Shown in pieces: positions 1 to 9,507 of a DNA stretch of 32,000 nucleotides. A program made the position numbers and the translations under genes. The DNA lies in the NCBI RefSeq assembly GCF_000185985.2, contig NC_014909.2, positions 60,001-92,000 of the forward strand, in the 5' to 3' direction. Source of the DNA: Candidatus Saccharimonadota bacterium (GTDB lineage: Bacteria; Pseudomonadota; Gammaproteobacteria; Enterobacterales; Enterobacteriaceae). Numbering within the stretch: the first letter of the stretch is position 1; every line of letters starts with the position of its first letter. Under the pieces are notes generated by a model. The model was given only the letters and a program-made list of their open reading frames with translations, made no database searches and was not told where the DNA came from.

Positions 1-56
1 TAGAAAGTAATGCTATTATAGATAATAGAGATAATTTTTTAGATAATTTATAGATG

Positions 57-492
57 GTAAGTTGACTGAGTAATCGCTGCTTTTTTAGTAAAAAAAGGAG
101 AGGAAAGTCCGGGCTCCGCAGGACAAGGCGCCAGGTAATACCTGGGAGATGTGAATCTACGACAAGTGCAACAGAAAAAAAACCGCCATTCTTAGTTGAA
201 TTGTATTTTATTTATTGCATAATTTTTTATAGTTTTGAGTAAAAATATTATATCAATAATAACGTTATAATATTAAAGAAAGAGTGGTAAGGGTGAAAAG
301 GGGCGGTAAGAGCGCACCGTACAATTGGTAACAATTTGTAGCAATGTAAACTCCGCTTGGAGAAAGGCTAAATAAAAATTCTATAGCATGGTCCGTGCTG
401 AATTTGGGTAAGCCGCTTTAATTTATATGTGAATATAAATATAGATGAATGATTGCTCTAGACAGAACCCGGCTTATAGGTCAACTTTTATA
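57..492 (+). ncRNA. rnpB: RNase P RNA (M1 RNA, bacterial type A); ends approximate
   Basis: The conserved cores are read directly: GAGGAAAGTCCGGGCTCC at 100-117, GGTAAGGGTGAAAAGGGGCGGTAAGAGCGCACCG at 286-319, and GACAGAACCCGGCTTATAGGTCAAC at 461-485. P1 pairs aagttgac (59-66) with gtcaactt (480-487). The sequence is colinear with E. coli rnpB apart from AT-rich variable helices. Confidence 0.93.
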
Positions 493-846
493 TTATTGTA
501 TTGTTTTTTGGAATATATCAAATATTGATGGTAGTCTATAAATAGAATAGATTAAAGAAAATAAAAGATATATTGTTATTAATTTATTAGACCGTAGCCT
601 ATTTTTAAAATTTAAATGTATTAATATGTGAATTTTATACAATTGTTATTGTTAATTAATATCAAATTTTTGATTATTACTGAAAGTTTGTGTAATTTCT
701 GAAATAAACTTAAATTGATCTAGATTTTACAGAATATACATTCTAAAATGATTGATATGTATCATAATAAATTATGTTAAACTTTAAAACTATCAGGCAT
801 TGTTATATGTGTTATTTATTTTAAGATAAACTAAATAAAAAAAATT

Positions 847-1398
847 ATGAATATTTTAAAAGAATTGTTTAATTTAGTACCTCAAAATGGTGCGCTATTA
901 TCTTTTAATATAAAGATAAATTTAGTTTTTTATTTGACAATATTTATTATTGTATTTTTAGAAAATGCTATTATTCCAGCTTTTTTTTTACCTGGAGATA
1001 GTTTATTGATTGTTTTAGGGATATTAATTAAAAAAGGAATTTTAAATTTTTTTTTAACTTTAAGTATTTTAACTATTGCTGCTAGTTTGGGGAGTTGGGT
1101 AAGTTATTTGCAGGGGAAATTTTTATTAAAAAATAAAAAAACATTGAAGGGTTGGATGTCATATTTACCTAGCCGCTCATATCAAAGAGCAAGTAATATG
1201 TTTAATAAGCATGGATTGCTGGCTTTATTTATAAGTCGTTTTGTTGTATTTATGAGAACAGCGTTACCAGTAATAGCTGGAGTATCTGGATTAGATTCAT
1301 TAAAATTCCAATTATTTAATTGGATTAGTTCTTTTATATGGGTATTAATTTTAATTATTTTAGGCGGATGTTTAGGGCATATAGAGTGTTTTTTCTAA
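847..1398 (+). CDS. DedA-family inner-membrane protein (YghB/YqjA-like)
   Basis: 183-aa ORF carrying the DedA signature FLENAIIPAFFLPGDSLLIVLG, plus TLKGWMSYLPSRSYQRASNMFNKHGLLALFISRF, which is colinear with E. coli YghB/YqjA. The C-terminus is about 35 aa shorter than those proteins. Confidence 0.85.
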   Translation: MNILKELFNLVPQNGALLSFNIKINLVFYLTIFIIVFLENAIIPAFFLPGDSLLIVLGILIKKGILNFFLTLSILTIAASLGSWVSYLQGKFLLKNKKTLKGWMSYLPSRSYQRASNMFNKHGLLALFISRFVVFMRTALPVIAGVSGLDSLKFQLFNWISSFIWVLILIILGGCLGHIECFF

Positions 1399-1464
1399 TT
1401 TTATATAAATTGTAATTTTATTTAATAAATTATAAAACTGTATATAGTGAAAGTATATAAAATT

Positions 1465-1538
1465 TGGCCCCTGCTGGATTTGAACCAGCGACCAAGCGAT
1501 TATGAGTCGCCTGCTCTGACCATCTGAGCTAAGGGGCC
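1465..1538 (-). tRNA. ileX: tRNA-Ile2 (anticodon CAU, lysidine-type, ileX-like); no encoded 3' CCA
   Basis: The minus strand reads ggccccttagctcagatggtcagagcaggcgaCTCATAAtcgcttggtcgctggttcaaatccagcaggggcca. It folds as a cloverleaf with anticodon CAT and is near-identical to my recollection of E. coli ileX. It lies just downstream of rpoD, as in E. coli. The discriminator A is followed by aat, not cca. Confidence 0.9.
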
Positions 1539-1751
1539 TTACTTAAAAATTTAGTAATCTTGAAAATTTGATTTTTATAGCCATTATTATGTATAAATTT
1601 ATTATGACATAATCTACCATACATATAGGTAAAAAAGTCAAAAAATAATATATATTTTTATTTTGAAAAATTTAAAATATTAAATGTGTATTAATGTTTT
1701 TAATTATAAAAAAGTTTATCATAATTGTATATTTATTATATATATCCTGCT

Positions 1752-3614
1752 TTAATCATCATCTAAAAAACTTCTTAGTATTTCAGATCGACTGGGATGT
1801 CTTAATTTTCTCAAAGCTTTTGCTTCGATTTGACGAATACGTTCTCGTGTTACATCGAATTGTCTACCTACTTCTTCTAAAGTGTGGTCGGTATTCATGT
1901 CGATTCCAAAACGCATGCGTAATACCTTAGCCTCTCTGGGAGTTAAACCTGAAAGTACATCGTTTGTGGCGGCTTTTAAATTGTCTGATGTTGCAGAATC
2001 TAAAGGTAAATCAAGATTAGTATCTTCAATAAAATCACCTAGATGTGAATCTTCATCATCACCTATTGGTGTTTCCATAGATACAGGTTCTTTAGCAATT
2101 TTCAGTACTTTTCTAATTTTATCTTCCGATATTAACATACGTTTTGAAAGTTCTTCTGGCGTAGGCTCACATCCTGTTTCTTGTAAAATTTGTCTTGAAA
2201 TACGATTAAGTTTGTTAATAGTTTCAATCATATGTACTGGAATTCGAATAGTACGAGCTTGATCTGCTATAGATCGGGTGATGGCTTGACGGATCCACCA
2301 GGTTGCGTAGGTAGAAAATTTATAACCTCGACGATATTCAAATTTATCTACTGCTTTCATTAAGCCAATATTACCCTCTTGAATTAAATCTAAAAATTGT
2401 AATCCTCTATTTGTATATTTTTTAGCAATAGATATAACTAATCTTAAATTAGCTTCAACCATTTCTTTCTTAGCTCTGCGAGCCTTAGCTTCACCGATAG
2501 ACATACGTCGGTTAATATTTTTTACTTGTTCTATTGTTAAACCTGTTTCTTTTTCTATTTGATATAATTGCCATATATTTTGTTGTACTTCTGCATTAAC
2601 TGTATCTAATTTTTTAGCCCACCCTGCATTCATAGATAATGCTTGAATAAGCCAAGCTTTATTAGTTTCATTACCTGAAAATAAATCAATAAATTTTTTT
2701 TTAGGCATTTTACTAATATCTACGCATAATTTCATAATTAATCGTTCATGAAATCGAATTCGATCCATCATAGACCGCATATTATTCACTAAGTAATCAA
2801 ATTGTTTTGGAACTAATCTGAATTGTTTAAATATTTCAGAGAGTTTTAAAATTTCAGATGATGATTTATCATGGTTGCGTCCGTTATATTTAATTGTTTG
2901 TCGGGTTGTTTCGTATTGTTTTCGTAAAGCTATAAATTTTTTTCGTGCTAATTCTGGGTCAATACTATTATCATCATCTTCATTTTCTGTGTTTTCTTCA
3001 TCATCTGTTACTGTTAAAATATTAGATGAAAGATGGTGAATATTTTGTTGTGTAATGTTGGGTATTGTTTCAACGTTTTGGTTAAAATTATCTAGATCAA
3101 CAAAACCAGTAATTAAATCTGATAATCGGGTTTCACCTGTTTCTACACGTTGATATTGTTCTAATAAATAAGTGATTGCTTCTGGATATTCTGCAACAGA
3201 ACATTGTACTTGATTGATTCCATCTTCGATTCTTTTAGCAATATCTATTTCCCCTTCTCTAGTTAACAGTTCTACAGCCCCCATTTCTTTCATATACATT
3301 CGCACTGGATCGGTAGTTCTTCCTAAATCTGGATCTGTATTGGATAAAGCTTGTACAGCAGCTTCTGTTGCATCTTCTTCATCATTATTAACAACGGTAT
3401 CGCAATTTTTTGTTAATAAAAATTCATCGGAATCAGGAGCTTCTTCCATAACTTGAATACCCATATCGTTCATCATTTGAATAATATTATGTAATTGATC
3501 AGAATCAATAATATCTTCTGATAAATGATCATTTACTTCAGAAAAGGTTAAGTAGCCTTGTTCTTTTCCACGTGTCACAAGTAACTTAAGTTGTGATTGT
3601 GGGTTATGTTCCAT
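1752..3614 (-). CDS. rpoD: RNA polymerase sigma-70 factor RpoD
   Basis: 620-aa ORF. The N-terminus [31 protein letters not shown], region 2 ([32 protein letters not shown]) and region 4.2 ([33 protein letters not shown]) are all near-identical to E. coli RpoD. Confidence 0.99.
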   Translation of the reverse strand: MEHNPQSQLKLLVTRGKEQGYLTFSEVNDHLSEDIIDSDQLHNIIQMMNDMGIQVMEEAPDSDEFLLTKNCDTVVNNDEEDATEAAVQALSNTDPDLGRTTDPVRMYMKEMGAVELLTREGEIDIAKRIEDGINQVQCSVAEYPEAITYLLEQYQRVETGETRLSDLITGFVDLDNFNQNVETIPNITQQNIHHLSSNILTVTDDEENTENEDDDNSIDPELARKKFIALRKQYETTRQTIKYNGRNHDKSSSEILKLSEIFKQFRLVPKQFDYLVNNMRSMMDRIRFHERLIMKLCVDISKMPKKKFIDLFSGNETNKAWLIQALSMNAGWAKKLDTVNAEVQQNIWQLYQIEKETGLTIEQVKNINRRMSIGEAKARRAKKEMVEANLRLVISIAKKYTNRGLQFLDLIQEGNIGLMKAVDKFEYRRGYKFSTYATWWIRQAITRSIADQARTIRIPVHMIETINKLNRISRQILQETGCEPTPEELSKRMLISEDKIRKVLKIAKEPVSMETPIGDDEDSHLGDFIEDTNLDLPLDSATSDNLKAATNDVLSGLTPREAKVLRMRFGIDMNTDHTLEEVGRQFDVTRERIRQIEAKALRKLRHPSRSEILRSFLDDD

Positions 3615-3778
3615 AAAACGACTCCCACTATTGTAAAAAATGATTTTTTAGGTTAAAGATGATTATCTTCATATGTAATTTTAATTAAAATTTTAATAAA
3701 TAAAAAAGTTTTTGAGTATCTTATAACTAGATTATTGCTAGTTATATAGCATATATAGTTAGTGTGTTGTATCATAAT

Positions 3779-5556
3779 TTATTTCAATATATGTATTGAA
3801 GATAATTTTTGGTTTAACATCCACAATTCTCGGCGTTCTTTGTTTGTTAATCCGAATAAACGTTCTCGTGTGATGAGCATATTTTGTTGTTGTTCAAGAA
3901 TTAAGTTATATAATTTTGTTAAAGTATCAATAAAAGTAATAATAATCATATCGTCTTTAATTATGTGTTTCCAATACGCCAATTTTTTAAGTATTATAAA
4001 ATAGTGACGATTTGTAGTTTTTTTATTATAAAAATATTCCAACAATTGTTCAGTGGTAAAATTTGGATAAAATTTACATAATTTCACCAAATTTATAAAT
4101 ATTTTTATATTATTATGTTTAAGTGTTTCTAATCCTTGTATGGTTGGAACTAATTTAGCAAGTTTTGGGTTTTGTATCAATAACCCTATTAAAATATGTT
4201 CTATGTTATATGTAATATTATGTTTATATTGTGTGAGGGGGATATTTTTTTTTGGTTTTTTGAGTAGTTGTTGTAATTTACTATCGTCTAAGATTCCTAT
4301 TATTTTACTTAATTTTTGCTGTAAACATAATTGTAATATTTGTCCTGGAATTTGATTAATCATGGGTAATATTAAGCTGCTGAGCTTAACTCGCCCTTCT
4401 AGTGTGTGTAAATTTATTTTTTTAGATAAGGTTTCAAATAGAAAATTAGATAAGCTTTGAGCTTTCGATATTTGTTTTAAAAAACTGTCTTTTCCTATTT
4501 TACGTATTAATGTATCGGGATCTTCTTGATTTGGTAAGAACATAAAAGATATTTCTTTGTTGTCAGTAAGATATGGTAGTACAGTATTAAGTGTGCGCCA
4601 GGCAGCTTTTTTTCCAGCATTATCACCATCATAGCAACAAATAATTTGGTTAGTGACACTATATATTAATCGAATGTGGTAAACTGACATAGATGTTCCT
4701 AATGTCGAAACTACATAATTTATTCCAAATTGAGTTAAGATTATTACATCCATATATCCTTCTACTAATAGAATATATGGAATATTTTTATGTTTTTTAC
4801 AAGTTTCGTAAAATCCATATAAATATTGGTTTTTTTTAAAGATAGTAGTATCTGGAGAATTTAAGTATTTAGGTTGTTTAGGATTGTGTTGAATGGTGCG
4901 TCCGCCGAATCCTATTATTTTTCCTTCTTGGTTTTTCATAGGAAAAATGATACGTTCTCGAAATCGATCATATTTATTTTTTTTTCCGTTTTCTACGTAT
5001 ATGCCTGATTGTGTTATTAATTTTGAATTGTATGTGTTAAGGTTTAAATTTTGAGCAATATTATTCCAGCCCATAGGAGCAAATCCAATATTAAAGTTTG
5101 CAATGGAATTTGTGGTTAGTCCTCTATTTTGTAAATATTTGTGAGCATAAGCATATTTTTTATTTATTAAATTGTTTTGATAATAATTAGAAACATCACT
5201 CATAAATTTATATAAATTGTTTTCATGGGAAATTTGGCTGGTAGTATTGTGATAAAAAAAATTTTTTATGCTAATACCATGGATAGTAGATAATTTTTTT
5301 ATACATTCAATAAATGTATATTGATCATAATTCATTAAAAAATTTATGATGTTACCATGTGCTCCGCAACTAAAACAATAATAAAATTGTTTTTTAAAAT
5401 TTACAGTAAAAGATGGGTATTTTTCTGAGTGAAATGGACAACAAGCAATAAAATTTGAGCCTTTTTTTTTAATGGGATTCGTTGATTGATTAAATCAACA
5501 ATATTAGTACGAGATATTAATGTCTCTATTAATGTTTTTGGAATGCGAGCAATCAT
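3779..5556 (-). CDS. dnaG: DNA primase DnaG, interrupted by a 1-nt frameshift in an A9 run (N-terminal 51-aa fragment 5556..5401; main ORF 5335..3779)
   Basis: The 518-aa track ORF matches the DnaG TOPRIM and C-terminal domains (LLVEGYMDVI, CYDGDNAGKKAAWR). Upstream, ATG 5556 opens MIARIPKTLIETLISRTNIVDLINQRIPLKKK, which matches the E. coli [32 protein letters not shown]. The zinc finger GSNFIACCPFHSEKYPSFTVNFKKQFYYCFSCGAHGN follows in the frame of the main ORF. The two frames differ by one base at the run 5462-5470. Confidence 0.88.
5462..5470 (-). repeat. A9 homopolymer (T9 on + strand) at the dnaG frameshift site
   Basis: Block 5461-5470 reads c followed by nine t. The distance from start codon 5556 to the in-frame ATG at 5335 is 221 nt, which is not a multiple of 3. 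A10 would join the frames. Confidence 0.95.
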
Positions 5557-5691
5557 ATTATCGTTATATTTACATCAGTTATTTTTATTCATATTGTGGA
5601 TAAGAAATTAATTAAATCTCATATATTTGTAATACATTAAATGATAATAAAAAATTTAATCGTTTGAAATGAGGGTAGTAAATTCATAATA

Positions 5692-5907
5692 TTAAAACGA
5701 TTTAAATCGTTTAGAATTTTCTCTAGTTATTTTTTTTATGTGTCGTTTAATTGCGGATGCTTTGGCTCTTTTTCGTTCTGTAGTAGGTTTTTCATAAAAT
5801 TCTCTACGACGTACTTCTGATAAAATCCCTGCTTTTTCACATGATCTTTTAAAACGACGTAATGCTACATCAAACGGTTCATTTTCTCGTATTTTAATTA
5901 TTGGCAT
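5692..5907 (-). CDS. rpsU: 30S ribosomal protein S21
   Basis: 71-aa [55 protein letters not shown], near-identical to E. coli RpsU. It heads the rpsU-dnaG-rpoD operon arrangement. Confidence 0.98.
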   Translation of the reverse strand: MPIIKIRENEPFDVALRRFKRSCEKAGILSEVRRREFYEKPTTERKRAKASAIKRHIKKITRENSKRFKSF

Positions 5908-6111
5908 ATATACTTCCTATTTTTTGTGATAATAAATATTTTTTAAATTTTTTGTTATTTATGGATATGATTAATGATATTTAATATTTGAAATTATAAT
6001 GTAAACTTGGTTATTATAATAAAGAATATTAAATTTTCAAAATTTTTAGTAATTTTTTTATATAAAAAATTGTTAATCGTTCCATAATATATAATACAGC
6101 CATATAATACA

Positions 6112-7182
6112 ATGCGTGTGTTGGGAATTGAAACTTCGTGTGATGAAACCGGAGTAGCAGTATATGATCAAAATGAAGGATTGTTGATAAATAAGATATA
6201 CAGTCAAAGTTTGTTGCATTCGCATTATGGAGGTGTTGTACCTGAATTAGCAGCAAGAGATCATACATTAAGAATTATTCCTTTAATTGTATCTGCTTTA
6301 AGAGAAACCGGGTTAACTTCATCTGATATAAATGGAATTGCATATACAGCTGGACCAGGTTTAATAGGATCGTTGTTAGTAGGTTCTGCAGTTGCTTGTG
6401 CTTTAGCTTATGCATGGAACATACCTATAATTGACATTCATCATATGGAAGCACATTTATTGGCTCCTATGTTGAATCAAAAAAATATATCTTTTGATTC
6501 TGGTTTTTATAGTAATTGTACTGACGTTATTAAATTTCCTTTTATTGCCTTATTAGTTTCTGGAGGACACACTCAACTTGTAATGGTAAAAAAAATAGGA
6601 GAATATAAAATTTTAGGAGAATCAATAGATGATGCAGTTGGAGAGGTATTTGATAAAATTGCTGTATTATTAGGATTACAATATCCGGGGGGAGCTGCGT
6701 TATCAGTAATGGCACGAAATGGTATTAAGGGGCGTTATATTTTTCCGAAACCTATGATCCATAAACCAGGTTTGAATTTTAGTTTTTCTGGGTTAAAAAC
6801 TGCTGTATCCAGGGTAATATTATCATTAAAAACTAATGATAATCAAGTTAAAGCTGATATTGCATGTGGATTTGAATGCGCCGCAATTGAAACTCTAACT
6901 ATTAAGTGTTATCGTGCCTTAAAACAAACACAAATAAAAAATTTAGTGATTTCTGGAGGAGTAAGTGCTAATCTTGTTTTAAGATCGTATCTTTCGAATA
7001 TGTTAGAGTCTATGCAAGGCACATTATTGTATCCTCCTAAATTGGAATTTTGTACAGATAATGGGGCTATGGTAGCTTGTGCTGGTTTGATTAGATTAAA
7101 ATCAGGATTAGCTCATACTAATTTATCTATTTTAGTTAAACCTCGTTGGTCATTGGAATCTTTACCTAAGGTAGAAATTTAA
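6112..7182 (+). CDS. tsaD: tRNA N6-adenosine threonylcarbamoyltransferase TsaD (YgjD/Gcp)
   Basis: 356-aa ORF containing [44 protein letters not shown] and CTDNGAMVA. It is divergent from rpsU, as in E. coli. It carries a roughly 14-aa insertion (about 6475-6534) relative to E. coli between APML and FPF. Confidence 0.96.
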   Translation: MRVLGIETSCDETGVAVYDQNEGLLINKIYSQSLLHSHYGGVVPELAARDHTLRIIPLIVSALRETGLTSSDINGIAYTAGPGLIGSLLVGSAVACALAYAWNIPIIDIHHMEAHLLAPMLNQKNISFDSGFYSNCTDVIKFPFIALLVSGGHTQLVMVKKIGEYKILGESIDDAVGEVFDKIAVLLGLQYPGGAALSVMARNGIKGRYIFPKPMIHKPGLNFSFSGLKTAVSRVILSLKTNDNQVKADIACGFECAAIETLTIKCYRALKQTQIKNLVISGGVSANLVLRSYLSNMLESMQGTLLYPPKLEFCTDNGAMVACAGLIRLKSGLAHTNLSILVKPRWSLESLPKVEI

Positions 7183-7261
7183 CTGCAAGTATGCGTGTTG
7201 ATTGTGTGCATTATTTTTTAAATAAAGAAGTAGTGATAATTAAATAAATTTAAAGATGTTT

Positions 7262-7828
7262 TTACTGAGGATTCCACAGTTGTTTAATGTTATTAATATG
7301 TCGAATTAATATTAACAATGATAATATTATTATCAATAAAATATGTGAGTATTGGATATACCATGCATATGTAGGTACAATTAAGTTGGAAATTATTGAT
7401 CCTAGCGCTGAATGTTTGAATATTAATACAATAATGATCCATGAGCTGATCATGACGAAAAACAAATGAATGTTTATCGCAGCAAGGCTTCCTAATTCGG
7501 TAGCTACTCCTTTTCCGCCCTTAAATTGAAAAAATATAGGATACATATGTCCTATACAGACTACGATAGTTATTATATGTAAATATAGTGGAGTGATTTC
7601 TAAATAAGATCCTATCCAGATTGGAACAGCACCTTTTAACATGTCAAATAATGTTACATAAATTGCTAGTTTATAGCCAAATATTCTAAATATGTTGGTA
7701 GCTCCAGGATTTTGAGATCCTTGATTTCTAGGATCTGTTAAGTTTAAAATTTTACATATTAAGATAGCTCCAGACATAGAGCCTAAAAAATAAGCAAAAA
7801 ATATTGTTAATATGGTAGTAATAATCAT
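7262..7828 (-). CDS. plsY: Glycerol-3-phosphate acyltransferase PlsY (YgiH)
   Basis: 188-aa polytopic membrane ORF with NPGATNIFRIFG, FDMLKGAVPIW and FKGGKGVAT motifs, colinear with E. coli PlsY. Confidence 0.92.
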   Translation of the reverse strand: MIITTILTIFFAYFLGSMSGAILICKILNLTDPRNQGSQNPGATNIFRIFGYKLAIYVTLFDMLKGAVPIWIGSYLEITPLYLHIITIVVCIGHMYPIFFQFKGGKGVATELGSLAAINIHLFFVMISSWIIIVLIFKHSALGSIISNLIVPTYAWYIQYSHILLIIILSLLILIRHINNIKQLWNPQ

Positions 7829-7936
7829 AGTTGTTACGAAATAATGGTTAAATAATTATTATTGTATATTTTTGATTTGGTGTAAACTAAAATTAATTTT
7901 TGTTTATGTAGAATAATAAATATGAAATCAGGATTT

Positions 7937-8338
7937 ATGAAATTTTTGTATATTGATCAATTAATAGTAATGGCTAGTATTGGAATTTATAATTGGGAAA
8001 GACAATGTTTGCAGAAATTAGTTTTTGATTTACGATTAGTTTATGATAGTGAGTTTTGTAAATTTATTAACGGTATGAATATGTATGTAGATTATGTGCA
8101 AATAAATCAAATCATATTAAATATGATAAACTCGAGGCATTTTGAGTTGATTGAAGATGTTGCTGAAATAACAGCAGAAGCTTTGATAAACAGGTTTCCT
8201 ATTATTTCTTGGATTCAAGTCAAAGTTAATAAGCCAAATGTAATTCGTAATTTATGTAATGTTGGATTTTGTGTAGAGCGTAGAAAAAGCAAAGTACATG
8301 ACTTTAAGAAAGTTAGATTATATACAGGTTGGAAATAA
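7937..8338 (+). CDS. folB: Dihydroneopterin aldolase FolB (start chosen at second ATG; the track ORF starts at 7922)
   Basis: MKFLYIDQLIVMASIGIYNWERQCLQKLVFDL aligns with E. coli MDIVFIEQLSVITTIGVYDWEQTIEQKLVFDI. VAEITAEALINRF and VKVNKPNV are conserved. The C-terminus is about 10 aa longer than in E. coli. Confidence 0.86.
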   Translation: MKFLYIDQLIVMASIGIYNWERQCLQKLVFDLRLVYDSEFCKFINGMNMYVDYVQINQIILNMINSRHFELIEDVAEITAEALINRFPIISWIQVKVNKPNVIRNLCNVGFCVERRKSKVHDFKKVRLYTGWK

Positions 8339-9507
8339 ATGATTTTGATATATGAGTAGTGGTGATGATCATTTTGTTTAAATTTATGGTAAAGCCAAGA
8401 AATAGAGCATATGATAATGTGTATATGTATTTATTAATATAAAGTCATATATCTGATGTTAATATTTTTATGTATGTTCTTTATGTATATAAAAAAGTAA
8501 TATATGTATTAAAAATAAAAAATGATTTTGAATATATTTAAATTAATTGTTTTTTAACTTTCATAATTGTAAAAAGATATAATTAAATTTCTTTTTATTT
8601 TCAATAGATTTTTTAATTGTAATAAATAAGAAATTGTTGCATTGTAAATAAAATAATTTTCGATATATACTATATATGTATATAATAACATAATTATGCC
8701 TATTTTTTATTTATTTTTAATAGTATTTGCATTAGCAAGAATTATATTGTATTTGTTATAAATGGGATTTTTAGTGTGCTTAATAAAAAAAATATGGCGA
8801 TTTTTTTAAAAATATAATATATATTAATCGTGATTATCTTTAAAATAATTTTTTGGTTTTTTGTTCTAATGGGATTAGACGTTATTACGTGATTTATTTT
8901 TTATATGTGACTTGATAATAGAAGAATTTTATGTATTGAAGAATAATAATATTTGTTTTAATTATAGATTATTATTGTAATATTAATGTAATTATTAATC
9001 TGAATAATATATAAAACAATATAATCAGTGTTTTTTAGTAAGATAATTGTAGAGTAGTGTGTTTTTTGAGGGTTTTTTTAGGTTTAGAGCTTGATTATGA
9101 GGGGATAATATAATAATAGAATAGAGTAGGTTGAGATGAAAAATTAAAAAATTTTGCTTTAATTATTTGCATCATATTAAGATTAGTTGAATTTATCATA
9201 TATATTATATAAAGTTGACAGTAGTACATTGTATATATGTTATCTTTGTTTAAGATTAGATTTTGTGATCGGGGTTTTTAAAATTAGATCAAGAGTAATT
9301 CAAAATATTTTTAAATTTTTCGTGAAATACGCAGGTTTATAATAGTCTTAGGAATAATGTATTTAGGATGAAATACATAACATTTTATTTGAGAAATAAT
9401 GATATTTCGTTACGTCGGTTAATTCACAATATTTTTATATTTTTTGTAAGAATCATTAATGTGATTAGATTTAAAAAATAAAAGTATAAAATTAAAGGAC
9501 AAGGGAG

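Noticed and set aside
3955-4000. Possible equivalent of the E. coli internal heat-shock promoter P-HS for rpoD inside the dnaG 3' end.
   Set aside because: The aligned segment (LKKLAYWKHIIKDD vs TLEKLSMWDDIADKN) reads cttaaaaa...aacacataat. The critical TTGAA G is lost and there is no CCCCAT-like -10 element, so it is not supportable as a sigma-32 promoter.
5595-5603. A perfect DnaA-box 9-mer (tgtggataa = TTATCCACA on the other strand), 39 nt upstream of the dnaG ATG.
   Set aside because: It is a single isolated box. With this base composition I estimate roughly a one-in-three chance of one perfect match somewhere in 32 kb on both strands. There is no cluster or AT-rich unwinding element pattern to suggest an origin or regulated promoter.
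7191-7219. A weak hairpin plus T-run after tsaD (atgcgtgt-tgatt-gtgtgcat-tatttttt), and a similar weak 8-bp pairing after rpsU (5658-5665 with 5695-5702).
   Set aside because: The stems depend on several G.U pairs or have about 29-nt loops. This is too weak to call terminators without transcript data.
9270-9300. A KIRSRVI translation in the folB-cca spacer that resembles the UppP PGFSRSGATI motif.
   Set aside because: It is not colinear with the putative N-terminal relic: the spacing is about 930 nt against an expected 400 nt or so. The match covers only 2-3 residues.
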